From Carpediemonas membranifera BICM (Eukaryota; Protista; Fornicata): 64,000 bases of DNA. A model generated the notes under the pieces. It was not told the DNA's origin. It saw only the letters and a program-made list of their open reading frames with translations, and made no database searches. The first letter of the stretch is position 1. Every line of letters starts with the position of its first letter. Shown in pieces: positions 34,872 through 45,168 of this stretch. Both the position numbers and the translations under genes were made by a program. The stretch covers positions 1,002,421-1,066,420 of the forward strand of contig JAHDYR010000062.1 of the NCBI GenBank assembly GCA_019828565.1. The letters run 5' to 3'.

Positions 34872-35274
34872 GTACTGCCACCGCCTAGGTAAACTGTGAG
34901 ACAAGCTGCCTTGCGTTTGTTTATTGCTGCCCGTCGCGGCGTCTGGCTGCGTCCTGTGTGACGAGTGCCTCGCGCGTCTTCCGATCGAACGAACCGATGC
35001 GGGACGCGCGCCGCCACGCTGCTGCGGACACCGCATGACCGGTGCGTTGCGGTGCAGGCCGCGGCGCGCTCTGGGGAGGCGGCACTGAGCGAGGCGCAGC
35101 CAAGGCAGTCGTTATGTGCTGAGGCGCGCCGCAAAAGGGCGGGCCCACGGCTTCAACGCGCGGACCCGGGCCAGCTGGGCGGTCTTGTCGCAGGGGACCG
35201 AGTCTATATCTGTCTCATATCTCGCCGCTTTTTTTCGCGCAAAAATATTATCAGAGAACTACTTGTGCTCAAAG

Positions 35275-35546
35275 ATGTCCTTCATCGACGCTATCAAGGA
35301 AATGCGCTGCCCCAAGGTCCCCGAGGAGAAGGGCCTCATCGTCTTCATCCTCAACGTCTTCCCCGGCGTCGGCACCCTCCTCGGCTCCATCTGGACTGAG
35401 GATGCTGACAACAAGGTCCTCGGCATCATCCAGATCTGCCTTATCTTCGTCTCCTGGATCCCCTCATCGGCCCCATCATCTTCATCTGCAACTGGGGCTT
35501 CTCCATGTTCTGGGGCTTCAAGATGTTCCAGGCCTCCAAGCAGTAA
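35275..35546 (+). CDS. SPEC3/Stum-like protein, copy 6 (-1 C homopolymer frameshift)
   Basis: C4 at 35460-35463 versus C5 in other copies; probably a read error. Confidence 0.65.
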
Positions 35547-35950
35547 GTACTGCCACCGCCTAGGTAAACTGTGAGACAAGCTGCCTTGCGTTTGTTTATT
35601 GCTGCCCGTCGCGGCGTCTGGCTGCGTCCTGTGTGACGAGTGCCTCGCGCGTCTTCCGATCGAACGAACCGATGCGGGACGCGCGCCGCCACGCTGCTGC
35701 GGACACCGCATGACCGGTGCGTTGCGGTGCAGGCCGCGGCGCGCTCTGGGGAGGCGGCACTGAGCGAGGCGCAGCAAAGGCAGTCGTTATGTGCTGAGGC
35801 GCGCCGCAAAGGGCGGGCCCACGGCTTCAACGCGCGGACCCGGGCCAGCTGGGCGGTCTTGTCGCAGGGGACCGAGTCTATATCTGTCTCATATCTCGCC
35901 GCTTTTTTTCGCGCAAAAAAATATTATCAGAGAACTACTTGTGCTCAAAG

Positions 35951-36223
35951 ATGTCCTTCATCGACGCTATCAAGGAAATGCGCTGCCCCAAGGTCCCCGA
36001 GGAGAAGGGCCTCATCGTCTTCATCCTCAACGTCTTCCCCGGCGTCGGCACCCTCCTCGGCTCCATCTGGACTGAGGATGCTGACAACAAGGTCCTCGGC
36101 ATCATCCAGATCTGCCTTATCTTCGTCTCCTGGATCCCCCTCATCGGCCCCATCATCTTCATCTGCAACTGGGGCTTCTCCATGTTCTGGGGCTTCAAGA
36201 TGTTCCAGGCCTCCAAGCAGTAA
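35951..36223 (+). CDS. SPEC3/Stum-like protein, copy 7
   Basis: Same translation as copy 1. Confidence 0.75.
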   Translation: MSFIDAIKEMRCPKVPEEKGLIVFILNVFPGVGTLLGSIWTEDADNKVLGIIQICLIFVSWIPLIGPIIFICNWGFSMFWGFKMFQASKQ

Positions 36224-36626
36224 GTACTGCCACCGCCTAGGTAAACTGTGAGACAAGCTGCCTTGCGTTTGTTTATTGCTGCCCGTCGCGGCGTCTGGCT
36301 GCGTCCTGTGTGACGAGTGCCTCGCGCGTCTTCCGATCGAACGAACCGATGCGGGACGCGCGCCGCCACGCTGCTGCGGACACCGCATGACCGGTGCGTT
36401 GCGGTGCAGGCCGCGGCGCGCTCTGGGGAGGCGGCACTGAGCGAGGCGCAGCCAAGGCAGTCGTTATGTGCTGAGGCGCGCCGCAAAAGGGCGGGCCCAC
36501 GGCTTCAACGCGCGGACCCGGGCCAGCTGGGCGGTCTTGTCGCAGGGGACCGAGTCTATATCTGTCTCATATCTCGCCGCTTTTTTTCGCGCAAAAATAT
36601 TATCAGAGAACTACTTGTGCTCAAAG

Positions 36627-36899
36627 ATGTCCTTCATCGACGCTATCAAGGAAATGCGCTGCCCCAAGGTCCCCGAGGAGAAGGGCCTCATCGTCTTCAT
36701 CCTCAACGTCTTCCCCGGCGTCGGCACCCTCCTCGGCTCCATCTGGACTGAGGATGCTGACAACAAGGTCCTCGGCATCATCCAGATCTGCCTTATCTTC
36801 GTCTCCTGGATCCCCCTCATCGGCCCCATCATCTTCATCTGCAACTGGGGCTTCTCCATGTTCTGGGGCTTCAAGATGTTCCAGGCCTCCAAGCAGTAA
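36627..36899 (+). CDS. SPEC3/Stum-like protein, copy 8
   Basis: Same translation as copy 1. Confidence 0.75.
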   Translation: MSFIDAIKEMRCPKVPEEKGLIVFILNVFPGVGTLLGSIWTEDADNKVLGIIQICLIFVSWIPLIGPIIFICNWGFSMFWGFKMFQASKQ

Positions 36900-37304
36900 G
36901 TACTGCCACCGCCTAGGTAAACTGTGAGACAAGCTGCCTTGCGTTTGTTTATTGCTGCCCGTCGCGGCGTCTGGCTGCGTCCTGTGTGACGAGTGCCTCG
37001 CGCGTCTTCCGATCGAACGAACCGATGCGGGACGCGCGCCGCCACGCTGCTGCGGACACCGCATGACCGGTGCGTTGCGGTGCAGGCCGCGGCGCGCTCT
37101 GGGGAGGCGGCACTGAGCGAGGCGCAGCCAAGGCAGTCGTTATGTGCTGAGGCGCGCCGCAAAAGGGCGGGCCCACGGCTTCAACGCGCGGACCCGGGCC
37201 AGCTGGGCGGTCTTGTCGCAGGGGACCGAGTCTATATCTGTCTCATATCTCGCCGCTTTTTTTCGCGCAAAAAAATATTATCAGAGAACTACTTGTGCTC
37301 AAAG

Positions 37305-37577
37305 ATGTCCTTCATCGACGCTATCAAGGAAATGCGCTGCCCCAAGGTCCCCGAGGAGAAGGGCCTCATCGTCTTCATCCTCAACGTCTTCCCCGGCGTC
37401 GGCACCCTCCTCGGCTCCATCTGGACTGAGGATGCTGACAACAAGGTCCTCGGCATCATCCAGATCTGCCTTATCTTCGTCTCCTGGATCCCCCTCATCG
37501 GCCCCATCATCTTCATCTGCAACTGGGGCTTCTCCATGTTCTGGGGCTTCAAGATGTTCCAGGCCTCCAAGCAGTAA
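37305..37577 (+). CDS. SPEC3/Stum-like protein, copy 9
   Basis: Same translation as copy 1. Confidence 0.75.
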   Translation: MSFIDAIKEMRCPKVPEEKGLIVFILNVFPGVGTLLGSIWTEDADNKVLGIIQICLIFVSWIPLIGPIIFICNWGFSMFWGFKMFQASKQ

Positions 37578-37980
37578 GTACTGCCACCGCCTAGGTAAAC
37601 TGTGAGACAAGCTGCCTTGCGTTTGTTTATTGCTGCCCGTCGCGGCGTCTGGCTGCGTCCTGTGTGACGAGTGCCTCGCGCGTCTTCCGATCGAACGAAC
37701 CGATGCGGGACGCGCGCCGCCACGCTGCTGCGGACACCGCATGACCGGTGCGTTGCGGTGCAGGCCGCGGCGCGCTCTGGGGAGGCGGCACTGAGCGAGG
37801 CGCAGCCAAGGCAGTCGTTATGTGCTGAGGCGCGCCGCAAAAGGGCGGGCCCACGGCTTCAACGCGCGGACCCGGGCCAGCTGGGCGGTCTTGTCGCAGG
37901 GGACCGAGTCTATATCTGTCTCATATCTCGCCGCTTTTTTTCGCGCAAAAATATTATCAGAGAACTACTTGTGCTCAAAG

Positions 37981-38253
37981 ATGTCCTTCATCGACGCTAT
38001 CAAGGAAATGCGCTGCCCCAAGGTCCCCGAGGAGAAGGGCCTCATCGTCTTCATCCTCAACGTCTTCCCCGGCGTCGGCACCCTCCTCGGCTCCATCTGG
38101 ACTGAGGATGCTGACAACAAGGTCCTCGGCATCATCCAGATCTGCCTTATCTTCGTCTCCTGGATCCCCCTCATCGGCCCCATCATCTTCATCTGCAACT
38201 GGGGCTTCTCCATGTTCTGGGGCTTCAAGATGTTCCAGGCCTCCAAGCAGTAA
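37981..38253 (+). CDS. SPEC3/Stum-like protein, copy 10
   Basis: Same translation as copy 1. Confidence 0.75.
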   Translation: MSFIDAIKEMRCPKVPEEKGLIVFILNVFPGVGTLLGSIWTEDADNKVLGIIQICLIFVSWIPLIGPIIFICNWGFSMFWGFKMFQASKQ

Positions 38254-38656
38254 GTACTGCCACCGCCTAGGTAAACTGTGAGACAAGCTGCCTTGCGTTT
38301 GTTTATTGCTGCCCGTCGCGGCGTCTGGCTGCGTCCTGTGTGACGAGTGCCTCGCGCGTCTTCCGATCGAACGAACCGATGCGGGACGCGCGCCGCCACG
38401 CTGCTGCGGTCACCGCATGACCGGTGTGTTGCGGTGCAGGCCGCGGCGCGCTCTGGGGAGGCGGCACTGAGCGAGGCGCAGCCAAGGCAGTCGTTATGTG
38501 CTGAGGCGCGCCGCAAAAGGGCGGGCCCACGGCTTCAACGCGCGGACCCGGGCCAGCTGGGCGGTCTTGTCGCAGGGGACCGAGTCTATATCTGTCTCAT
38601 ATCTCGCCGCTTTTTTTCGCGCAAAAATATTATCAGAGAACTACTTGTGCTCAAAG

Positions 38657-38929
38657 ATGTCCTTCATCGACGCTATCAAGGAAATGCGCTGCCCCAAGGT
38701 CCCCGAGGAGAAGGGCCTCATCGTCTTCATCCTCAACGTCTTCCCCGGCGTCGGCACCCTCCTCGGCTCCATCTGGACTGAGGATGCTGACAACAAGGTC
38801 CTCGGCATCATCCAGATCTGCCTTATCTTCGTCTCCTGGATCCCCCTCATCGGCCCCATCATCTTCATCTGCAACTGGGGCTTCTCCATGTTCTGGGGCT
38901 TCAAGATGTTCCAGGCCTCCAAGCAGTAA
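38657..38929 (+). CDS. SPEC3/Stum-like protein, copy 11
   Basis: Same translation as copy 1. Confidence 0.75.
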   Translation: MSFIDAIKEMRCPKVPEEKGLIVFILNVFPGVGTLLGSIWTEDADNKVLGIIQICLIFVSWIPLIGPIIFICNWGFSMFWGFKMFQASKQ

Positions 38930-39334
38930 GTACTGCCACCGCCTAGGTAAACTGTGAGACAAGCTGCCTTGCGTTTGTTTATTGCTGCCCGTCGCGGCGT
39001 CTGGCTGCGTCCTGTGTGACGAGTGCCTCGCGCGTCTTCCGATCGAACGAACCGATGCGGGACGCGCGCCGCCACGCTGCTGCGGTCACCGCATGACCGG
39101 TGTGTTGCGGTGCAGGCCGCGGCGCGCTCTGGGGAGGCGGCACTGAGCGAGGCGCAGCCAAGGCAGTCGTTATGTGCTGAGGCGCGCCGCAAAAGGGCGG
39201 GCCCACGGCTTCAACGCGCGGACCCGGGCCAGCTGGGCGGTCTTGTCGCAGGGGACCGAGTCTATATCTGTCTCATATCTCGCCGCTTTTTTTCGCGCAA
39301 AAAAATATTATCAGAGAACTACTTGTGCTCAAAG

Positions 39335-39607
39335 ATGTCCTTCATCGACGCTATCAAGGAAATGCGCTGCCCCAAGGTCCCCGAGGAGAAGGGCCTCATC
39401 GTCTTCATCCTCAACGTCTTCCCCGGCGTCGGCACCCTCCTCGGCTCCATCTGGACTGAGGATGCTGACAACAAGGTCCTCGGCATCATCCAGATCTGCC
39501 TTATCTTCGTCTCCTGGATCCCCCTCATCGGCCCCATCATCTTCATCTGCAACTGGGGCTTCTCCATGTTCTGGGGCTTCAAGATGTTCCAGGCCTCCAA
39601 GCAGTAA
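39335..39607 (+). CDS. SPEC3/Stum-like protein, copy 12
   Basis: Same translation as copy 1. Confidence 0.75.
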   Translation: MSFIDAIKEMRCPKVPEEKGLIVFILNVFPGVGTLLGSIWTEDADNKVLGIIQICLIFVSWIPLIGPIIFICNWGFSMFWGFKMFQASKQ

Positions 39608-39997
39608 GTACTGCCACCGCCTAGGTAAACTGTGAGACAAGCTGCCTTGCGTTTGTTTATTGCTGCCCGTCGCGGCGTCTGGCTGCGTCCTGTGTGACGA
39701 GTGCCTCGCGCGTCTTCCGATCGAACGAACCGATGCGGGACGCGCGCCGCCACGCTGCTGCGGTCACCGCATGACCGGTGCGTTGCGGTGCAGGCCGCGG
39801 CGCGCTCTGGGGAGGCGGCACTGAGCGAGGCGCAGCAAAGGCTGTCGTTATGTGCTTAGGCGATCCACCGTTGTTATTTCCACCCTGACAACCGCAAGGA
39901 CAGCTAAGGCCTTCACTCTGCTTGAAGCAGAACGGTGTACTCAAGAAACTGACTTGGGTCAACTGACAACGTGCAGAATACGCAGAAAACAATCAAA

Positions 39998-41395
39998 ATG
40001 GACGCGGCTGAGCCAGATGGCGCATCATCTTCTATGATCGCTGCCAATACCACTATATTGACTCATGGTATGCCCGATTCCAGTAATCATAGTGTTCTCG
40101 TCACATCGGAGAATGAAATCCCGCCGTTAGATGAAGACTCTGACGAGAAACCGTCGCTTCTCTTAGTTGATACTGATAACGAGAATGATGAGTCGAATAA
40201 TATGCCTTCTGGTGAAGGGAGCTTGAAATATCCCCAATCTCTGGTTGAGCCTGCGCCCGCCGAGGATCCTGCGCTTGAGGACATGAACGAGGCCCCGCGG
40301 TCGCCATCACTGTCGCTTCCGCTGCTGGACTCCGACTCTGATACGGCGCTGTCCTACTCGCCCACGCTGGAAACGTCGCCCCTGGTGGAGGCTGGGGACA
40401 ACGGCGGGCACGTGATGCCGAACCTGCTCCACGGTTTAGTCGCGCCCGAGCAGAAGTCCGAACCGTTCAGCCTGCAACGAATGCCCGCCCACCAGCGCCA
40501 GTACCTCAACATCTTGCGATTTCCTCCGTTCTCGATCGAGGACGAAGCCTCATATCTCAGAGGCGGTCTGCTCGGCCGCCGCTACCCCTGGGTCCCGAAC
40601 TACATCGCCGTCAGGAACGGGTCCCGCAACACGTTTACGGTCTCGGGCGCGTCCATGGGCCGGAGCGCGGCTGTTGACCTGGCCCGGGCGATGTGCACGC
40701 TGACAACGATGCAGTCGCTCGTGCTGAGGGACGTTACCTTCAAGAACGAGGCGTCTATTGTCATATCTAAGGCCCTGTGCCAACTTGTGTCGCGTGTTGA
40801 GGAGCTCATCATCGACCGGACCCGGATGGGCACTGCTGAGACGTGCATACTGCTGCAGCAGGTCAGTAAGCTGCCATCACTGCGGCGCCTCGCGATCCAC
40901 GACGTCGGCGGGGGGCTAGCCATTGCAGACGACCTGATGGCCCTGGAGTCGCTGCCCGAGCTGACACACCTGTCGTTGGAGAACGTCGACCTGTCCTCTG
41001 ACCACATCACGCCCCGTCTGGCCGCCCTGGTTCAGTTCCTACCGAAGCTCGAGGTGCTCCGGCTGGTGAACGCCAACATGACGGCCTCACAGATGGCGGA
41101 CGTGCTTCGGGTCGTGAGCGGGTCAGGCATCCGGAACCTTGACATCAGGTACAACATGCTGCACGGCTTTGGTCGGGAGCACACGGACGCCGCGACAGCC
41201 CTCGCCCAGTTCTCTGCGGTGGAGGTGCTCAACGTCGAGTATTGCAGGCTGCCCGAGTTGTTCGCGGCAGCATTGGCCCAGCAGCTGGCCGAGGGCGGGT
41301 CTGCGATGACCAAGGTCATTGCGGGCAAGGGGAACGCCAGTTCCTTCCATGGGCAGTGGCGAAAGCACCGCGTGAAGGGGACGGCGCTGGATTGA
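39998..41395 (+). CDS. RNI-like leucine-rich repeat protein with acidic disordered N-terminus
   Basis: LxxLxLxxN/C repeats (LTHLSLENVDL, LEVLRLVNANM, IRNLDIRYNML, VEVLNVEYCRL). Confidence 0.75.
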   Translation: MDAAEPDGASSSMIAANTTILTHGMPDSSNHSVLVTSENEIPPLDEDSDEKPSLLLVDTDNENDESNNMPSGEGSLKYPQSLVEPAPAEDPALEDMNEAPRSPSLSLPLLDSDSDTALSYSPTLETSPLVEAGDNGGHVMPNLLHGLVAPEQKSEPFSLQRMPAHQRQYLNILRFPPFSIEDEASYLRGGLLGRRYPWVPNYIAVRNGSRNTFTVSGASMGRSAAVDLARAMCTLTTMQSLVLRDVTFKNEASIVISKALCQLVSRVEELIIDRTRMGTAETCILLQQVSKLPSLRRLAIHDVGGGLAIADDLMALESLPELTHLSLENVDLSSDHITPRLAALVQFLPKLEVLRLVNANMTASQMADVLRVVSGSGIRNLDIRYNMLHGFGREHTDAATALAQFSAVEVLNVEYCRLPELFAAALAQQLAEGGSAMTKVIAGKGNASSFHGQWRKHRVKGTALD

Positions 41396-41542
41396 GAGCG
41401 GAGCGATGCTGCCCGGTCCTGTGTTATATATGCTAAAGATAGTCTCGTTCAGTGCCCTGTCCGCTGACTATTTATGTATGTATACAAGCACTTTATGGCT
41501 ATACATGTGCCCTTGCTCCATGACAACCAACAACCAAAACGA

Positions 41543-43480
41543 ATGTTGCCGAAAACCAATTTGCTCAAGAGCTCTTTATCCAAGTACCTTCAAGAGCACG
41601 CTGCAAACCCCGTTCACTGGCGGGAATGGTCGGATGCCGCGATTGACGAAGCAAAGGCCCTCAATAGGCCAATTTTTCTCTCCGTTGGCTACTCTTCGTG
41701 CCACTGGTGCCATGTGATGGCCAAGGAATCGTTCGAGAACGATCACGTCGCCAAAGTGCTGAATGACAACGTCGTCGCTGTCAAGGTCGACCGCGAGGAG
41801 TTGCCCAGCATCGACGAGGTCTACCAGATGTCTTTGCACGCCCAGGGGAAGCAGGGTGGGTGGCCTCTGTCTGTCTTCCTCGATCCCAAGACGCTGCGGC
41901 CGTTCTACGGTGCGACATATCTGCCTCCCTTCCCCAACAGCTTCACTGGCGCGCCGGGACTGGTGAGTCTTGTCGAGGCCATCTCGAAACTCTACCGCGA
42001 GTCACCCGATGAGATCGAGGATGCCTGCGAGTCTATCGCTGGCCGTATGGAGATCCTATCCGCCCCAACTGCATCCCCCGACCTCATTTCCACTGAGAAT
42101 ATCGCGTCTATATCCGAAGATATGATGTCGTCGGCCGACCCAGTCTGGGGTGGGTTCGGAAGGGGCATGAAGTTCCCGCAGACCCCGATGCTGCTTCATC
42201 TGATCCACTCTGAGGCCGGGCACGACCACGCCGTTGCTACCGCCCTTCACATGATCTCTGGAGGAATCTATGATCACATCGGCGGGGGCATTTACCGCTA
42301 TGCGACCCGGGCCGACTGGAATGTGCCCCACTTCGAGAAGATGGCGGACGACCAGGGTCGGCTCCTCCAGGTGCTCGCCCGCATGCCGGAGCCCGACCGG
42401 GACGCGTGCATGCATGCGGCCGGTGGGACGATCGACTTCTTACACGACGTGATGGCAGTGCCGTACCACGGGGCGACACTGTTCGCGGCCTCACTGGACG
42501 CGGACTCCGAGGGGAAGGAGGGCCAGTACTACACATGGGCCCCGATCGAGACGCACGACGTCCTGGCCGGGTGGAGCGAGGCCGACGCTACGGATTTCTG
42601 CAAGGAGCTTGACCTGATGCCGCCCAACTGGGGCGAGGTCTCCGTCCCCCGCAGGAACGCCGCGGATCACCCTGACCGCATGCCGTCAAAGCGTATGTCA
42701 GACCTTTTGGCATCAGGAATCGCGCTGCTGAAAGAAAGAAGGTCGCAGCGGTCGCCCCCGGAACGCGATGACAAGGTCATCCTGGCCTGGAACGCCCAGA
42801 TTGCCACGGGTATGCTGCAGGCCGGCATGCGGTACTCGGAGCCGGGCTGGGTGACCAAGGGACTTGCCCTGGTCGACGGTCTGCTGGCGTCCTTCTGCAG
42901 TGATGATGACATGCCTCACATGATCGTCGACGGGCAGCCCAGCGGTCACGCCTTCCTCGACGACCTCGCGCTGCTGTCCGAAGCATGCTTGGTCGCGTAC
43001 GGTGCGACAGCCGATGAGAGGTACCTGAAGCAGTGCACAAATCTCGTCCACCGTCTCTTTGCTGACCATGCGCGGGATAACGGCCTCACCCAGGCCCCTG
43101 CCGCTCACACCGTCCTGCTACCAACGGTGCCTGTCCACGACGCTGCGCAGCCCGCAGCCAATGGCATCGTACTGCTGGTTCTGGCGCGTCTGTTCAGCAT
43201 CACGGCAGAACCCGAGTGGCAAAAGCTCTACGCTAAACTACACACAGCCATTGCCGGTGCCAGGGACGCGGCCGCCAAGCCGACGATCCTGCGGGCTGTG
43301 CGTGTGATGGCTGGGATGCCTGTGGTCCATTGCCCGGTCCCTTCGCGCGTGACCGAGATTGCCATGGCAGCTGGAGCAGATGTCATCTCAGCCCCAGAGC
43401 TCTCAGTGTGTGGCACACAGGGATGTCAAACGGCCACAGAGGAGACCATTGAGGGTGTCCTTGGCGCATATAGCTGGTAA
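41543..43480 (+). CDS. YyaL/SPATA20 (SSP411) thioredoxin plus six-hairpin glycosidase-like protein
   Basis: NLL..S.SKYLQEHA.NPVHW, SVGYSSCHWCHVMAKESFE, KVDREE.P, GGWPLSVFL, VPHFEKM, RDDKVILAWNA. Confidence 0.92.
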   Translation: MLPKTNLLKSSLSKYLQEHAANPVHWREWSDAAIDEAKALNRPIFLSVGYSSCHWCHVMAKESFENDHVAKVLNDNVVAVKVDREELPSIDEVYQMSLHAQGKQGGWPLSVFLDPKTLRPFYGATYLPPFPNSFTGAPGLVSLVEAISKLYRESPDEIEDACESIAGRMEILSAPTASPDLISTENIASISEDMMSSADPVWGGFGRGMKFPQTPMLLHLIHSEAGHDHAVATALHMISGGIYDHIGGGIYRYATRADWNVPHFEKMADDQGRLLQVLARMPEPDRDACMHAAGGTIDFLHDVMAVPYHGATLFAASLDADSEGKEGQYYTWAPIETHDVLAGWSEADATDFCKELDLMPPNWGEVSVPRRNAADHPDRMPSKRMSDLLASGIALLKERRSQRSPPERDDKVILAWNAQIATGMLQAGMRYSEPGWVTKGLALVDGLLASFCSDDDMPHMIVDGQPSGHAFLDDLALLSEACLVAYGATADERYLKQCTNLVHRLFADHARDNGLTQAPAAHTVLLPTVPVHDAAQPAANGIVLLVLARLFSITAEPEWQKLYAKLHTAIAGARDAAAKPTILRAVRVMAGMPVVHCPVPSRVTEIAMAAGADVISAPELSVCGTQGCQTATEETIEGVLGAYSW

Positions 43481-43580
43481 AGTGAGGAGAAGTGAGGATG
43501 AAATGATGCTTTCATAACCGTCTGCTTCAAGCTTTGTGGAAGAGCGAGAAGAATATTGAATTGAAAGGTTCTCAGCGACA

Positions 43581-44318
43581 ATGCCAGCTGCAGCGCATCA
43601 GACACGTCTTTCTGCTTCGAGTATTGCGAAACTACAATTGTCAACACCACCTTGGCCTGCCACTCCATCGGGAAACGAGGAAAACAAAGAAACAGACGTC
43701 ATTGCACGTCAGAAGAGGGCATTAGGGATGATCGGTCTATCAAAACAACAGGCTGCGCGTTTAACAGCAATCGCAGTAGATACGAAACCGCTTCGCTGCA
43801 GAAGGTACTCACACTCGGATCACAACCCCGCCCTGGCGAGGCCCCTGCCGCCGCTACGCCGCAAATCATTGTCCTACGTCGCAGACGGTGAGAATCGGCA
43901 CATGTTTGACATCAGCAGCAGCATACCGCATCAACACACCTATGACAGGCGCGCCATCAAGTTTCGTGTCGCCGACTCACCCAGGCGCAAATCCGTGCCT
44001 GATGCGCGAAAGGAACCGGGTCGATCGATTCTCAAGGACTCCGCGGACGCCCTGTCCGACGGGGTGTGGTCAGCCTCGTCCTCAGAACTCGAGGACGATG
44101 CCGACATAGACAGCACACCGAGGGCCCCCCGCTCGCCTTCACGGCTGCACTCCTTCCTTGACGAGGAGGCCCGGAGCAGTGTGGCGCTGTCAGATAGCCC
44201 CCCGGCAGTGGTGGTGTCACAAGCTCCAGACCCTCATCCCTCAGGGCTCGGCCTGAAAAAGCTACTCAGAGCCGTTGTGAGCATGGCTAGAGCCGCTCTT
44301 GACATGCTGATCATGTAG
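43581..44318 (+). CDS. Hypothetical Ser-rich disordered protein with C-terminal hydrophobic helix
   Basis: 245-aa ORF followed by CATAAA; shares motifs with the next gene. Confidence 0.6.
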   Translation: MPAAAHQTRLSASSIAKLQLSTPPWPATPSGNEENKETDVIARQKRALGMIGLSKQQAARLTAIAVDTKPLRCRRYSHSDHNPALARPLPPLRRKSLSYVADGENRHMFDISSSIPHQHTYDRRAIKFRVADSPRRKSVPDARKEPGRSILKDSADALSDGVWSASSSELEDDADIDSTPRAPRSPSRLHSFLDEEARSSVALSDSPPAVVVSQAPDPHPSGLGLKKLLRAVVSMARAALDMLIM

Positions 44319-44622
44319 TGCATAAAAACGATTGCTTCAATGGAGCCAGGAAGCAATGATGGAATCATATTGTGTGGTGTGAGTGGGCCAAAAGAGCCTC
44401 AGACGACTGGGAAGCGTTTTCAGCTAGTCTGCGCTTGCTAGAGCCGACCCGGGAAGACACAGATCACATAATTTGCCCCGCGATTTTGGGGATCTGCGGG
44501 TTTTTCTGGATTTAATTGGGGATCGAGACCAGATGTTTCATTCTCGGCAGTGTGACGACGTTGGCGATGGAAACGTGGAGGATAGAAGGCGAGCACGGCG
44601 TAGAGCATTAGAAGTTGCTGGA

Positions 44623-45111
44623 ATGCCATCAAGTTCGGTGATACCGCTCAGCCTAATGACGCTGGATGCTGATTCGCTTTCATCTGGTGTAGGAGCCCGG
44701 AAATTGGGCCCGAACGTTGCAGGAGAACATTATAGACGGCATTCTTCGGCGCTCTTGCCCTCAGTGAGCATGGCTAACGCACGACAGGTCGACGGCGGCC
44801 TCGTACGCTTTTCGGCATCGGAACGCATCATCTCGCCCCTCACCGAGAGTCCCAAGACGCGTGCTCCGTCCATTGGAAGCACATCGCCTAGCAGGTCGAT
44901 CCTAAAACCGGCCTCGTCATTTGACTCTGCCTCCATACATGAACGGGTGACATCCGACGAGGCAATGTCGTCGGCATCGCTCGACGAGAGCGTCTCAGCC
45001 CGCACCCTGTCGATGGATGGCCCAAAGCCCACCATCAAGCGCCGTAGGAGGACACCGCTGGCTAGTTTGCGTCGTCTGGTAGCATATCTCATTGACCTCC
45101 TGGTGCTCTAG
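44623..45111 (+). CDS. Hypothetical Ser-rich disordered protein, probable diverged paralog of 43581-44318
   Basis: Shared RRxS, [IV][KR]F, RSILK and C-terminal ...[LI]DxLxx* motifs; start codon uncertain. Confidence 0.55.
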   Translation: MPSSSVIPLSLMTLDADSLSSGVGARKLGPNVAGEHYRRHSSALLPSVSMANARQVDGGLVRFSASERIISPLTESPKTRAPSIGSTSPSRSILKPASSFDSASIHERVTSDEAMSSASLDESVSARTLSMDGPKPTIKRRRRTPLASLRRLVAYLIDLLVL

Positions 45112-45168
45112 TGCTATTTCAGCTGACCCACTCATTTATCGCGTTATATATGTAAATACACAGTGCTC

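Larger units (their letters stand above)
31491..39862 (+). repeat. Tandem gene array, ~676-679-bp unit, 12 complete units plus a partial 13th spacer
   Basis: Near-identical units, each a ~404-bp GC-rich spacer plus a 273-bp CDS. Confidence 0.97.

Noticed and set aside
5821-39607. Cilia-related gene cluster (CEP164-like, NEK, TBCCD1, SPEC3/Stum-like)
   Set aside because: The genes are interspersed with unrelated ones, and such genes are common in flagellate genomes; no evidence of real clustering
27866-39862. CRISPR-like array interpretation of either repeat region
   Set aside because: No unique spacers, the units are protein-coding, there are no cas genes, and the context is eukaryotic
31410-39992. 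Many overlapping ORFs in the array spacer and on the antisense strand
   Set aside because: Their frames change with spacer homopolymer length between copies, the products are low-complexity Arg/Ala/Ser-rich, and only the 90-aa ORF is consistent
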